DNA from: an uncultured Actinomycetota bacterium
Lineage (GTDB): Bacteria; Actinomycetota; UBA4738; HRBIN12
Reading direction: 5' to 3'
Assembly (NCBI GenBank): GCA_963711655.1
Contig: CAVQEW010000003.1
Location: forward strand, 89,202 to 153,201
DNA length: 64,000 nucleotides
Made by a program: the position numbers and the translations under genes. Under the pieces are notes generated by a model. That model was not told the DNA's origin. It worked only from the letters and a program-made list of their open reading frames with translations, and ran no database searches. This document shows positions 29,592-41,277 of the stretch, in pieces; positions within the stretch are counted from its first letter, which is position 1; each line of letters opens with the position of its first letter.

Positions 29592-30075
29592 TCGCCCACT
29601 TCTCCTGGATGTCCTCGTCCTTGATCTTCTCCTGCAGCTTCACGATGCCGTGCAGCAAGGCCTCCGGGCGGGGCGGGCAACCAGGTACGTAGACGTCGAC
29701 CGGGACGATCTGATCGACGCCCTTGGTGACGGAGTACGAATCCCAGTAGGGGCCACCGCAGTTGGAGCAGGAGCCGAACGAGATCACGTACTTCGGATCC
29801 GGGATCTGGTCGTAGACGCGCTTGAGCGCCGGCGCCATCTTGTCGGTGAGGGTCCCCGCCACGACGAGGAGATCCGCCTGTCGGGGGCCGTGGGCGAACG
29901 GGATGACGCCGAGGCGGATGAAGTCGTGTTTCGAGGTCGAGGTCGCGATCAGCTCGATCGCGCAGCACGCCAGACCGAAGTTCATGACCCACAGGGAGTA
30001 CCGGCGGCCCCAGTTCAGCAGGAACTTCACCGGCTGGATCTTGGGGAGCGGCGTCTTCTCGGTGATCAGGCCCAT
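29569..30075 (-). CDS. nuoB: NADH-quinone oxidoreductase subunit B (cluster 1)
   Basis: GLACCAIE...[10 protein letters not shown]...PGCPP, the N2 cluster ligands. Confidence 0.85.
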   Translation of the reverse strand: MGLITEKTPLPKIQPVKFLLNWGRRYSLWVMNFGLACCAIELIATSTSKHDFIRLGVIPFAHGPRQADLLVVAGTLTDKMAPALKRVYDQIPDPKYVISFGSCSNCGGPYWDSYSVTKGVDQIVPVDVYVPGCPPRPEALLHGIVKLQEKIKDEDIQEKWASGHSAVS

Positions 30076-30432
30076 CGCACGACCCCCTTGCGCCAGGCGT
30101 AGAGCAGCCCGGTCGCGAGGATCCCGATGAAGATGCCCATCTCGACCACCGCGGCCCAGCCCAAGCTCTCGAACACGCTCGCCCAGGGGAAGAGGAACAC
30201 GGCCTCGACGTCGAAGATCACGAAGAGGAAGCCGAACACGTAGTAGCGGATCTGGCTCTGCGACCAGCCTTCACCGACGGGGTCGATCCCGCACTCATAG
30301 GTGGTGAGCTTGGCCGGGACTTGGTCGGTGGGGGGCGATCAGGCGGGCGGCCGTGAACGCCACCAAGACGAGGATGGCTCCCGCGGCCACGACCGCCAGC
30401 ACGACACCGTAGGACGAGTAGTAGTCAGGCAC
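30066..30432 (-). CDS. nuoA: NADH-quinone oxidoreductase subunit A (cluster 1), with an apparent frameshift in a G6 homopolymer near 30335
   Basis: The minus-strand translation [34 protein letters not shown] continues in the next frame as ...[21 protein letters not shown]...[12 protein letters not shown]...WRKGVVRWA*. It is absent from the ORF track because it is split into short pieces. Confidence 0.7.
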
Positions 30433-30474
30433 GCTTGTGAAAGTCTTCCCGAGCGCGGATCCTAGCAGGATCCA

Positions 30475-31497
30475 TCAGGCGTTTTCCTTCGGTCCGATGT
30501 CCGCTCCGCAACGCGCCGAAAGGAACCGGGCGAGCTGCACCAAGGCATGCTGTGCAGGGCCTTTGGGGAGCCGTTCGACGAGCGAGACCGCGCGCGCGAC
30601 CTCGTCGCGGACGGCCTTCCGGGCGTGTTCGATCGAGTCGCCGTCCGCGACGATCGCGAGCGCGCGGTCGAGGAGCTCCCCGTCCGCGCCCGTGGTCAGG
30701 ATCCGCGCCAGCTCCTCCCGATGCGGCGAGTGCTGCAGGGCGTGGAGCACCGGGAGGGTGTAGACGCCCTCCTTCAGGTCGACGCCGGGCTCCTTGCCGA
30801 GCTCGAGCTGGCTGGAGGTGATGTCCATGATGTCGTCCGAGAGCTGGAACGCGAGGCCGAGCGACTCACCGAAGGCCTCGAGGATGTCGACGTGCTCGGG
30901 CGGCGCGTCGGACATCATCGCGCCGAGGCGGCAGGAGGTCGAGATCAGCGAGCCCGTCTTCCGGCGGATCACCTCGAGGTAGTTGGCCTCGGTCTGGTCG
31001 AGGCGCCGGGAGGCGTCCACCTCCCGGATCTGGCCGTCGCAGAGCACGGCGATCGTCTGCGCGAGGATCCGGCACACGTCGGGACCCAGGTCGGCGCCGA
31101 CCTCGGACGCGCGGGCGAACAGGTAGTCCCCCGTGAGGATCGCGACGGTGTTGTCCCATCGGACGTTCGCCGCCGGGACGCCGTGTCGAGACTCGGCCTC
31201 GTCGATCACGTCGTCGTGGTACAGGGTCGCGACGTGGACGAGCTCGAGGGAGACGGATGCCGGGATCAGCCGCGGGTCGGTCGGGTCGCCGAAGTAGCCG
31301 GAGAGCAGGGCGAGCATCGGCCGGAAGCGCTTCCCGCCGGCGGTCAGCAGGTAGTTCGCGGTCGCCGACAGGAGCGCGGAGTCGGCCTCCTCGAGCGCCT
31401 TGCGCAGCGCCTCCTCGACCCGGTCCAGGCGCGTGCGGACCTCCGCCTCGAGGGCGGCGTCGGGCGGCTCCAGCCCCGGGATCACGCGCCTGCTCAC
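30475..31497 (-). CDS. Polyprenyl synthetase (trans-isoprenyl diphosphate synthase, e.g. for the menaquinone side chain)
   Basis: LYHDDVIDEA and FQLSDDIMD, the two DDxxD motifs. Confidence 0.8.
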   Translation of the reverse strand: MSRRVIPGLEPPDAALEAEVRTRLDRVEEALRKALEEADSALLSATANYLLTAGGKRFRPMLALLSGYFGDPTDPRLIPASVSLELVHVATLYHDDVIDEAESRHGVPAANVRWDNTVAILTGDYLFARASEVGADLGPDVCRILAQTIAVLCDGQIREVDASRRLDQTEANYLEVIRRKTGSLISTSCRLGAMMSDAPPEHVDILEAFGESLGLAFQLSDDIMDITSSQLELGKEPGVDLKEGVYTLPVLHALQHSPHREELARILTTGADGELLDRALAIVADGDSIEHARKAVRDEVARAVSLVERLPKGPAQHALVQLARFLSARCGADIGPKENA

Positions 31498-32975
31498 GAG
31501 CCCTCCTTCACCATCTCAGCACCGATGCCTTCTCGATGATGCCAACGATCACGCCGGGGAACACACCCAGCGAGCAGCGTCGCGGCCGCCGGGATCGCGA
31601 GGACCGCTCCGCTGGCGGCTGCGTTCGCGCGTTCGTCCACGAACCCCGGCGCCGGCTCGGGCTCCTGCATGTACATCAGCACGATCACCCGAAGATAGAA
31701 GAAGGCCGCCGCGACGCTCGCGAGCACGCCGATCAGGGCGAGGAGCCAGTAGCCCGCGCCGATCGCCGCCGAGAACACGTTCACCTTGGCGATGAAGCCC
31801 GCGGTCGGCGGGATCCCGGCGAGCGAGAGGAGGAACAGGGTCATCAGGGCGGCGGCCACCGGGTTCGTGCGGGCCAGGCCCGTGTAGTCCGAGATCCTGG
31901 TCCGGTCCTCTCCCCGGCCGGAGACCACCATCACCGTGCCGAACGCGCCGACCGTCATCGCGGCGTACGCGACCAGGTAGAACATCGCGGCTCGGATGCC
32001 CTCCGAGCCGGCCGCCGTGAGCCCGGTGAGGATGAACCCGGCGTGCGCGATGCTCGAGTAGGCCAGCATCCGCTTCACGTTCGTCTGCGCGATCGCCAGG
32101 ATGCTCCCGACCACCACCGAGACCGCCGCGAGGGCCCACACGACCGGCGCCCAGTCCCAGGCCAGGGCCTGGAACGCGACGTCGAGCACGCGGATCAGCG
32201 CTGCGAACGCCGCGATCTTGGTGGCGGCGGACATGTACGCGGTCACCGGGGTCGGCGCCCCTTGGTAGACGTCGGGCGTCCACATGTGGAAGGGCGCGGC
32301 CGAGACCTTGAAGGCGAACCCGACGGCGAGCAGCGCGAAGCCCAGCACGGCGAGCGCCTGCGCCCCTCCGGTGCCCGTCAGGGCGAGCGCCATCGGCCCG
32401 ATCTTCGTCGTCCCAGTCGCGCCGTAGGCCATCGCCACCCCGTAGAGGAAGAACGCCGAGCTGAAGGCACCGAGGAGGAAGTACTTCATCGCGGCCTCGT
32501 TCGCGGCGCGGCGACCGGTGAGGCCCGTGAGGACGTAGAGCGAGAGCGACAGGATCTCCAAGGCGAGGAACGTCACGATCAGGTCCGCCGACGCGACGAT
32601 CAGCGTCATCCCGGACGTGGCGAACAGCAGCAGCGGGGTGAACTCGCCTCGCTGCTCGTCGCCGGAGCGCGAGAAGTACTGGTGGCCGAGGATCAGGCCG
32701 AGCGCGGCGACGGCGAGGAGGATCAGCCGCGCGAGGACGGCGAAACGGTCGGCCGCCACGGTGTTGCCCAACACGGTGGCGGGACCGTCCCAGTCTCCAC
32801 AGCCACAGGCTCGTGGCGCCCGCGAAGGCGACTCCGACGAGACCGATCGAGAGATGCACGATCGAATCGGATCGCTTCGCGAACGCCTCGTAGAGGAGAC
32901 CGGCGATCGCGAAGACCACGAGGACGAGCTCGGGCAGGAGCGGCTCGAAGACGAGCTCGGGGGTCGGGATCGCCG
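31494..32975 (-). CDS. nuoN: NADH-quinone oxidoreductase subunit N (complete cluster 2), with an apparent frameshift near 32770
   Basis: The N-terminus VIGQAAIPTPELVFEPLLPELVLVVFAIAGLL lies in ORF 31549-33411. The remainder lies in ORF 31494-32774. Confidence 0.8.
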   Translation of the reverse strand, partial: RRSRPPSSSSSRSCPSSSSWSSRSPVSSTRRSRSDPIRSCISRSVSSESPSRAPRACGCGDWDGPATVLGNTVAADRFAVLARLILLAVAALGLILGHQYFSRSGDEQRGEFTPLLLFATSGMTLIVASADLIVTFLALEILSLSLYVLTGLTGRRAANEAAMKYFLLGAFSSAFFLYGVAMAYGATGTTKIGPMALALTGTGGAQALAVLGFALLAVGFAFKVSAAPFHMWTPDVYQGAPTPVTAYMSAATKIAAFAALIRVLDVAFQALAWDWAPVVWALAAVSVVVGSILAIAQTNVKRMLAYSSIAHAGFILTGLTAAGSEGIRAAMFYLVAYAAMTVGAFGTVMVVSGRGEDRTRISDYTGLARTNPVAAALMTLFLLSLAGIPPTAGFIAKVNVFSAAIGAGYWLLALIGVLASVAAAFFYLRVIVLMYMQEPEPAPGFVDERANAAASGAVLAIPAAATLLAGCVPRRDRWHHREGIGAEMVKEGS

Positions 32976-33002
32976 CCTGCCCGATCACGGCGTCGGCACC
33001 GC

Positions 33003-34578
33003 TCAGCTCCGCGGCGATCGCTCGCCGATATCGAGCTCCCACGTGCGCTGGTGTGAGGGGTCGACGCGAGCGATGACGGCCTCGACCGTCGGGTCGATCC
33101 GGTCGGTCAGGAGCTTCGGCGCCACGCCGAACACGAGGAGCAGGGCCAGCACCGGCGCGAGGACCACGACCTCGCGGAGGCTGACGTCGGGCAGCAGCCG
33201 GTGCTCCTCGCGGACCGGCCCGTACGCCATCCGCTGGTAGGACCAGAGGAGGTAGATGGCGGCGAGGACCACTGCGGTCGCCGCGAGGGCTCCGAACCAG
33301 TTGCTCACCGCGAACGTCCCGACGATCACGAGGAACTCGCCGACGAACCCGTTCAACCCGGGCAAGCCGGCCGAAGCGAACACGGTGAACAGGAACGCGC
33401 CCATCAGCCACGGCATCACCGAGGCGAGCCCGCCCATGCTGCCCAGGTCACGGGTGTGCGTCCGCTCGTACACCATCCCGACGAGCAGGAACAGGGCGCC
33501 CGTCGCGAGCCCGTGGTTCACCATCTGGAGCACGCCGCCGGTCACGCCCTGCTGGGTGAACGCGAACACGCCCAGCACCACGAAGCCGAGGTGCGAGACG
33601 GACGAATACGCCACGAGCCGCTTGATGTCCGTCTGGATCAGCGCGTTCACCGCTCCGTAGATGATCCCGATCACCGCGATCACGCCGACGAACGTCGCGA
33701 AGTACTTCGATGCCTCCGGGAACAGCATCAGGTTGAACCGGATCAGTCCGTACGTCCCGACCTTCAGCAGGAGGGCCGCCAGGAGTACGGAGCCGGCCGT
33801 CGGCGCCTCGGTGTGCGCATCGGGCAGCCAGGTGTGCAGCGGGACCAACGGCACCTTCACCGCGAACGCCACGAAGAACGCGAGGAAGAGCCATCGGGCG
33901 GTGGTCGCCGGCACGCCCGCGGCGGCGTCCATCATCGCGCCGTAGCCGAACAGGCGCGGGCCGTCCTGCTGCGCGTAGAGGAACAGGATCGCGACGAGCA
34001 GGAAGGCTGAGCCCGCCATCGTGAACAGGAAGAACTTGATCGCGGCGTAGATGCGGCGCTGGCCTCCCCACCCGCCGATCAGCAGGTACATCGGCACGAG
34101 GAGTGCCTCGAAGAACAGGAAGAAGAGCAGCAGGTCGAGGGCGACGAACGTGCCGATCACCGCCGTCTCGAGCACGAGGATCGCGGCGAGGTAGCGGCGG
34201 ACGTCCTTCGTGATCGTCCAGGACGCGAGGATCGAGACCGGGAACAGGAACGTCGTGAGCAGGAGCATCCAGATGCTGAGGCCGTCGATGCCGACGGCGT
34301 AGGACAGACCGATCGAGGGGACCCAGCGGGCGATCTCGACCATCTGGAACGGTTCCGCGGAGGCGGGATCGAAGCGCCCCAGGACGACGAGGGAGACGAT
34401 GAACGTCGCCACGGAGACCCCGAGGGCGACCCACCGCGCCGCCGTGTCCTTCAGCCCGCGACCACCTCCGAGCACCATCAGGGCGCCGATGAGCGGCAGG
34501 AACGTCGTGAGCGTCAGGAGCTTGTTCACAGCCTCGTCCCCAGCCAGACGAGGACCCCGACGGCCCCGAGGAAGAACG
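33003..34578 (-). CDS. nuoM: NADH-quinone oxidoreductase subunit M (cluster 2)
   Basis: It occupies the C-terminal ~525 aa of the 1105-aa ORF 33003-36320 (VNKLLTLTTFLPLIGALMVL...HTWLPDAHTEAPTAGS...). Confidence 0.8.
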
Positions 34579-36400
34579 CGAGCGCGTACGACCGGACGAA
34601 GCCGGTCTGGACGAGGCGGGCCCCGGCGGCGAGGCGCCGCGTGCCGGCGCCCACCCCGTTCACGAGCCCGTCCACGACCTTCGTGTCGAACACGTTCGCC
34701 GTGAACCGGGCCGCCGCCGTCCCCGGGTTCACGAACAAGGTCGAGTACGCCTGATCGACGTACCAGCCGTTCCGCGCGGCGCGCGGGAGCGGCTGGAGCC
34801 GCTCGCGGAGCGTGAGCCACTCGACCCGGCCGGAGGCGTAGACCAACCAGGCGATCGCAAGCGCGCCCAGCGCGATCACGGTCGCGATCACCGAGAGCGC
34901 CAGGGTCGAGAGCCCCTCGCCGTGCGGCACCGGCCCCGTGACGGGCTCGAGGACTCGCGCCAAGGTTCCCTCCGCCGAGGTGGACAGGAGCAGACCCGCG
35001 AGGACCGCTCCCGCGGCGAGCACCAGGAGCGGGATCGTCATCACCGACGGCGACTCGTGGGCGTGCTCGGCCTCCTCGCTCCTCGGCGAACCGAAGAACG
35101 CGAGGAACACGAGCCTGCCGATGTAGAGCGCGGACAGGAGCGCGCCGAGCGTGCCGAGGAGGTAGATCCACGTGCGTCCGGTATGGCTCGCGATCTCCAG
35201 GATCTGGTCCTTGGCGAAGAACCCGGCGAGCGGGAACACGCCGGCCAGCGCGAACGCGCCGACGACGAACGTCCACCCCGTGATCGGCATCCGACGGATC
35301 AGCCCGCCCATCCGTTGCAGGTCGGTCTCCTCGTGCATGCCGTGCATCACCGAGCCGGCGCCGAGGAACATCAGGGCCTTGTAGAACGCGTGGGCGACGA
35401 GCATGAACATCGCGCCCGTGTAGAAGCGCATGCCCGCGGCCATGAACATGAACCCGAGCTGGCTGACCGTCGAGTAGGCGAGAACCCGCTTGATGTCGTC
35501 CTGGGCGAGGGCGCAGGTCGCGGCGAACAGCGCCGTGACGAGCCCCACGATGAGCACCACGGTGAGCGCGACGCCAGACGCTTCGAAGAGCGGCGCGCTC
35601 CGGACCACCAAGTAGACGCCCGCGGTCACCATCGTCGCGGCGTGGATCAGCGCGGAGACGGGCGTGGGGCCGGCCATCGCATCCGGGAGCCAGACGTGGA
35701 GAGGCACCTGCGCGGACTTGCCGATCGCGCCCGCGAAGAGAAGGAGCGAGATCGCCGTCGCGGTGTCCTTCGTGATCTCGCCGGCCTGTCCCCCCAACAC
35801 CTGCGCGAAGTCGAGCGTGCCGAACTTCGACACGATCAACGCCAGGCCGATCAGCATCGCGGTGTCGCCGATCCGGGTCGTGACGAACGCCTTCTTCGCC
35901 GCGCTCGCGTTCTCGGTCTTCTCGAACCAGAACCCGATCAAGAGGTACGAGCAAAGCCCGACGCCCTCCCAGCCCACATACAGAAGGAGGTAGTTGTCCG
36001 CCAGGACCAGCAGGAGCATGAAGAACACGAAGAGGTTCAGGTACGCGAAGAAGCGGCCGTACCTCGGATCGCCGTCCATATAGCCGATCGCGTAGACGTG
36101 GATCAGGAATCCGATGCCGGTGACGACCAGGATCATCGTTGCCGACAGCACGTCCAGATCGCAGATCGACGCCCACGGAGAAGCTGCCGACGGAGATCCA
36201 GTCGACCACGTGCTGGGTCACGACACGGTGCTCCGCGCTTCGCTGGAACAACGCGAAGACGATCAGCGCGGATGCCGCGAAGGAAAGAGCCACGGCGGCC
36301 GACGCCGCCACGCCCGCCAAGCGACCGAGGCGTCCGCCCGACGAAGAGGTTGATCGTTGCCGCCACGAGCGGCAGCGCGGGGATCAGCCACAGCGAACTG
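34526..36400 (-). CDS. nuoL: NADH-quinone oxidoreductase subunit L (cluster 2). The N-terminal ~80 aa are in shifted frames.
   Basis: ORF 34526-36151 starts at MLSATMILVVTGIGF. The upstream N-terminal pieces LWLIPALPLVAATINLFVGRR and VDWISVGSFSVGVDL lie in other frames. Confidence 0.75.
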
Positions 36401-36433
36401 CTCTCGAGCTGAGCCGAGGATCGACGTCGTCCA

Positions 36434-36742
36434 TCAGCCAGCGAGTCCCCTCGCCTCATCGACATCGACGGTTCCGCGACGCCGGTAGACCGCCACGATG
36501 ATCGCCAGGCCGACCACCACTTCCGCGGCCGCCACCACCATCGAGAAGAACGCCAGCACCTGCCCGTCCAGCGCCGAGTGCATCCTCGAGAACGCCACCA
36601 GCGCGAGGTTCACGGCGTTCAGCTGGAGCTCGACGGACATGAAGATCAGGAGCGCGTTCTTCCGCAACAGCACGCCGAGCGTTCCGAGCGTGAAGAGGAC
36701 GCCGGAGAGGACGATGAAGTACGCGATCGGCGTCCTCACACG
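36434..36742 (-). CDS. nuoK: NADH-quinone oxidoreductase subunit K (cluster 2)
   Basis: It occupies the C-terminal ~100 aa of ORF 36434-37606 ([19 protein letters not shown]...[20 protein letters not shown]). Confidence 0.8.
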   Translation of the reverse strand, partial: RVRTPIAYFIVLSGVLFTLGTLGVLLRKNALLIFMSVELQLNAVNLALVAFSRMHSALDGQVLAFFSMVVAAAEVVVGLAIIVAVYRRRGTVDVDEARGLAG

Positions 36743-37292
36743 CCCGTCCCCATCGCCTCCAGCTCCGCCTGCGTGACGGCGCGAGCCTTCCGTTGCCCGA
36801 GCACCATCGTCGCGATCGCGGCGATGATGAGCAGCACGGACGTGACCTCGAACGGGAGGAAGTAGTCGCGGAAGAGCACCTTCGCCACGGCCTGCGCGTT
36901 GCCGGGCTCGTTCACGGCGTCGAACCCCGCCGGCGCCTTCGTCGCGAACCCGATGCCCGTACGCACGGCGAGCGTGATCTCGATCACGAACCCGGCGGCC
37001 AGCGCGAGCGCGAGCGGCCGCTGCGCCACGAGTCGCTCGCGGAGATCGTCGCCGCGGTCCACGCCCAGCAACATGATCACGAAGAGGAACAGCACCATGA
37101 TCGCGCCCGGCGTACACGATGATCTGGACCGCGAACAGGAACGGCGCGTCGAGGATCAGGAAGAAGACCGCCAGACAGAAGAAGTTGACGACGAGGAAGA
37201 GCGCCGCGTGGACCGCGTTGCGCATCAGGAGCATCCCGACGGCCGACGCCACCGAGATCGGCGCGAAGACCCAGAACACGACGTTGTCGAGC
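36736..37292 (-). CDS. nuoJ: NADH-quinone oxidoreductase subunit J (cluster 2), with an apparent frameshift near 37090
   Basis: The N-terminus [36 protein letters not shown] is in one frame. The C-terminus ...[25 protein letters not shown] is in ORF 36736-37098. Confidence 0.75.
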
Positions 37293-37299
37293 GGCACCC

Positions 37300-37800
37300 C
37301 TACAAGCCCTCCTTCGCCCCCGGGGTGGTGCCGAGCTCCGGGGGCGGCTCCAGGAGCTGCTCCTTCGTGAGGATCGCGTCCTCGCGCGACTCGTAGGCCA
37401 TCTCGAAGTAGCTGGTCAGGGTCAGGGCGCGGGTCGGGCAGGCCTCGACGCAGAGGCCGCACATGATGCAGCGCAGGTAGTTGATCTGGTAGTCCTTCGC
37501 GTACCGCTCCCCCGGCGACGTCGGGTTCTCGGGATCGTTGTCCGCGCCCTCGACCCAGATCGCGTCGGCCGGGCAGGCGAACGCGCAGAGCTCGCATCCG
37601 ATGCACTTCTCGAGGCCGTTCTCGTGCCGGTTCAACAGGTGACGGCCGGTGTGTGCGCGCTCGGGGATCTCCGCGATCACCTTCGGGTACTCCTCGGTGT
37701 CGTCGGGACGGAAGGTCTGTTTGAAGACCGTCGCCATCCCCTTCAGGACGGCTCCCGTGTCCCCGAGGAAGTTCCGCTCTCGTCGTGGCTCGTCGGTCAC
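37300..37800 (-). CDS. nuoI: NADH-quinone oxidoreductase subunit I (cluster 2)
   Basis: [12 protein letters not shown] and [12 protein letters not shown]. Confidence 0.85.
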   Translation of the reverse strand: MTDEPRRERNFLGDTGAVLKGMATVFKQTFRPDDTEEYPKVIAEIPERAHTGRHLLNRHENGLEKCIGCELCAFACPADAIWVEGADNDPENPTSPGERYAKDYQINYLRCIMCGLCVEACPTRALTLTSYFEMAYESREDAILTKEQLLEPPPELGTTPGAKEGL

Positions 37801-38922
37801 TTCGTCACCTCCTCACGGGCAGCGCTCTTCCCGGCCGGGACGAACGACAGGAGCAGCGTGACGCCGAGCGCGACGGCCGCCCACGTCAACACCGCCCGCC
37901 GGTCGACGTTCAGCTCCGTGGGCAGGACCACGATCGCGCCCGTGATGAGCACCCACACGAGCCCGAAGGGGATCAGCACCTTCCAGCCGAAGGCCATCAG
38001 CCGGTCGTACCGGACCCGAGGGAGCGTGCCGCGGACCAGGACGAACAGGTAGATCACGAGGGTGACCTTCGCCACGAACCAGAGGAAGGGCCACAGCCCG
38101 GGCAGGAAGGACGGAGCGGGCCCCATCCACCCACCCAGGAAGAGGGTCACGCCGATCGCCGCGACCGTCACGGTGGCGACGTACTCGCCGAGGAAGAACA
38201 TCGCGAAGTTGATCCCCGAGTACTCGGTGTGGAAGCCCGCCACCAGCTCCGTCTCGGCTTCCGCGAGGTCGAACGGCGGTCGGTTCGTCTCGGCGATCGC
38301 GCAGATCAGATAGACGACGAACGCCGGGAACATCGGGACGACGTTCCACACGCGATCCTGCGCCGCGACGATCTCGCGAGAACGAGAGGTGACCGCTGTA
38401 CATCAGCACCGCGACGAGCGAGAGGCCCATCGCGACCTCGTAGGAGATCATCTGCGCCGTCGAGCGGACGGCGCCGAGGAGCGGGTAGTTCGATCCGCTC
38501 GCCCACCCGGCGAGGACCACCCCGTAGACGGCGATCGACGTCATCGCGAGGATCCAGAGGATGCCGATGTCGAGATCGACGAGCTGGAGCGGGATCCGCC
38601 TGCCGAACAGCGTGATGTCGGCCCCGAACGGGATCGTGCTGAACGCGAGGAAGGCCGGGAACATCGCGACGACCGGGGCGAGCAGGTAGACGCGGCCTGT
38701 CCGCGTTCGTCGGGAGGATGCCCTCCTTGAAGAAGAGCTTGATCCCGTCCGCGAGCGTGATCAGGATCCCGCGCGGCCCCGCGCGCATCGGTCCCTTCCT
38801 CGTCTGCAGGTCGGCGATCACCTTGCGCTCGAACCAGATGTAGAGCAGCACGGAGAGCAGCAGCCCGAAGAAGACGATCACGACGCGGGCGGCGAGCAGG
38901 AGCCAGTCGAGCCAGTCCATCA
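37797..38922 (-). CDS. nuoH: NADH-quinone oxidoreductase subunit H (cluster 2), in three frame pieces
   Basis: The N-terminus [44 protein letters not shown] is in ORF 38306-39400. The middle is in 37813-38664. The C-terminus is in 37797-38351. Confidence 0.75.
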
Positions 38923-41277
38923 GCCCTCGGCTCCCGTCTCGGCGTCGACGAGCTGCGCCACCGGCTCGACGGTGACGGAGGTGACGAAGTCGCCGTCGAG
39001 CAGCCGGTTGGCCTGGAACCCGGCCTGGTTGAAGGGGACGAAGACCGATCCCTTCGCGACGTGCTCCGTCACGCGGGCGGGAAGGGTCACCTCGCCCGCC
39101 GAGGTCGTGAGGACGACGTCGGCGCCGTCGGTGCACGTCGCCCGCGTCGTCCGGGTGGATCTCGACGAACGGAGGGTCGGCGAGCGCCGCCTTCAGCTCA
39201 TCGGCCCGCTCCGAGAGGCGGCCCTCGTCCACGAGCAGCGGGTAGGTGAAGAGCGTGAGGCCCTCGGCGGGGGCATCCTCGCGTCGGCTCACTCGCGGGA
39301 GGGTCACCGCTCGCGTCGAGCGGCGCCAGGAGCTCGCCCATCTCTTCGTGGATCTCGTCGAGGGTCTCGAAGCCGAGGTCGCCGCCGCACGCGAGCGCAA
39401 GGCTGGCGAAGATCTCCCAGTCGGGAAGGCACATCCCCTCCGGGTCGCGGACGCGGACGGAGGCGCTGTCCGCGGCCCTCCCAGTTCGTGACGTGGCCTT
39501 CCTTCTCCAGGAAGGGAGCGGCCGGGAGGAAGGCGTCGGCGAAGGGCTCCAGCGACGCGAGCTCCAGCGATTGCACGATCTTCACCGGCACGTTGTCCAG
39601 GGCCCGGCGAGCGAGGGCGGCATCGGGGTAGTCGCGGAGCGGATCGACCCCGACGAGATACAGGACGTCGATCTCACGGGCGGCGCAGGCCTCGAGGATG
39701 CCGCGCCAGTCGCGTCCGGGCTCCCGGTCGATGGCCGTCGCCCAGCGACTCTCGACCGCCCCGGCCTCACCCAGGGAGCGTCCGCCCGGAAGGAGCGACG
39801 GGTGGACGCCGGCGCGAAGGGCGCCGCGGTCACCTGCACGCCTCGTGACATAGGCGAACCGCGCGCCCGATCCGAGGAGTTGGGACCGGGCCGCGTCGGC
39901 GGCGCCCGACCGCTCGCCGGCGATCACCACCGCGTCCTCGCCGGCGGCTCGGAGCGCCTCCAGGGCCTCGTCCATCACCGGGTCCGCGCCGCCGGCGAGC
40001 ACGCGTGCCTCGGCCCCCGGCCGGACCAGGATGTGCGTCGCGACGTCGTGGAGCCGCGTTCGGCGAGGGTGCACCACCCAGATCCGCGCACCTGCGGCCG
40101 CGGCCTTCCGGAGCCGCAGGTGCAGGATCGGCACCTCCTGCTCGGCGTCGAGCCCGACGACCAGGATCACCGGCGCCCGCTCGACGTCGCGGTAGGTCAC
40201 GCCCATCGGGGCGCGCGCCGCGGCCAGCTCGGCCGCCGGTGCCCCGGTCCCCCGGCGGTGGTCGAGGTCGTTCGTCCGGAAGACGGTACGCGCGAGCTTC
40301 GACAACGCGTAGTAGTCCTCGTCCATCAGGCGCCCGCCGGTCAGCACCCCGACGCGCGCGCCGTCGACCCAGCTCGCGATCTTCGTGAGCACCTCGCCGA
40401 ACGAGGCGGGCTCGAGCCCGTGGTCGCGGATCAGCGGCGTCGTGACCCGCTCCGACGAGTCCGGGAACCGGTACGCGTACCGGCCCTTGTCGCAGAGCCA
40501 GGCGTCGTTCACCTCGTACTCATCACGGGCGAGGTGCCGAACGACCTCGCCGCGCCGAACGTCGACGCGCATGTTGCAGCCGGCGGAGCAATGCGGGCAG
40601 ACCGAGTCGCCGTAGGTGAGGTCGAACGGCCGCGCCGCGAAGCGGTACGGCGTCGACGTGAGCGCCCCCACCGGGCAGATCTGGACGGTGTTCCCGCTGA
40701 ACGGCGATCGGAAGTCCTCGCCGGCCGCGATCGAGACCCGCTCTCCCGCGCCGCGCGCGAAGAGCTCGAGGAACCGGTCGCCCGAGATCTCGTCGCAGAA
40801 CCTCGTGCAGCGGGCGCACAGGATGCATCGCTCACGATCCAGTCCCACGAGCGGCGACATCGGGATCGGCTTCGGGAAGACGCGCTTCGCCTCGCGGAAG
40901 CGGCTGTCGCCCGGGCCGTACGCGAGCGCCTGGTCCTGGAGCGGGCATTCGCCGCCGCGGTCGCAGATCGGGCAGTCGAGGGGGTGGTTCAGCAGCAGGA
41001 ACTCGAGGTTCGCGCGCTGCGCGTCCGCGACCTCCGGGTCGCTGTTCTGGGTCCGGACCGTCATCCCGGGCGCGACCGGCACCGTGCACGACGTCGCGAG
41101 CTTCGGCTGGCCCTCCACCCGGACGTAGCACTGACGACAGGCGCCGGCGGGCTTCAGGAGCGGGTGGTCGCAGAAGCGCGGGACCTCGATCCCGAGCTGC
41201 TCGGCGGCCCGGATGATCAGCGTCCCGGCGGGGACGGTGACCTCCTTCCCGTCGACGGTGAGGGTCACATCGGTCAT
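38923..41277 (-). CDS. nuoG: NADH-quinone oxidoreductase subunit G (Fe-S/molybdopterin-fold 75-kDa subunit) (cluster 2), with at least two apparent frameshifts
   Basis: MTDVTLTVDGKEV...CDHPLL...CRQCYV...NHPLDCPICDRGGECPLQ...CILCARCTRFC carries the N-terminal 2Fe-2S and 4Fe-4S motifs. The C-terminus ...TDGADVVLTTSAGEVTLPARVTEHVAKGSVFVPFN...AETGAEG* is readable only in another frame. Confidence 0.75.

Noticed and set aside
33003-36320. 1105-aa ORF apparently spanning nuoM and nuoL of cluster 2
   Set aside because: Only the C-terminal ~525 aa (NuoM) is real. The N-terminal ~580 aa are out-of-frame read-through across nuoL, which is encoded in a different frame (ORF 34526-36151).
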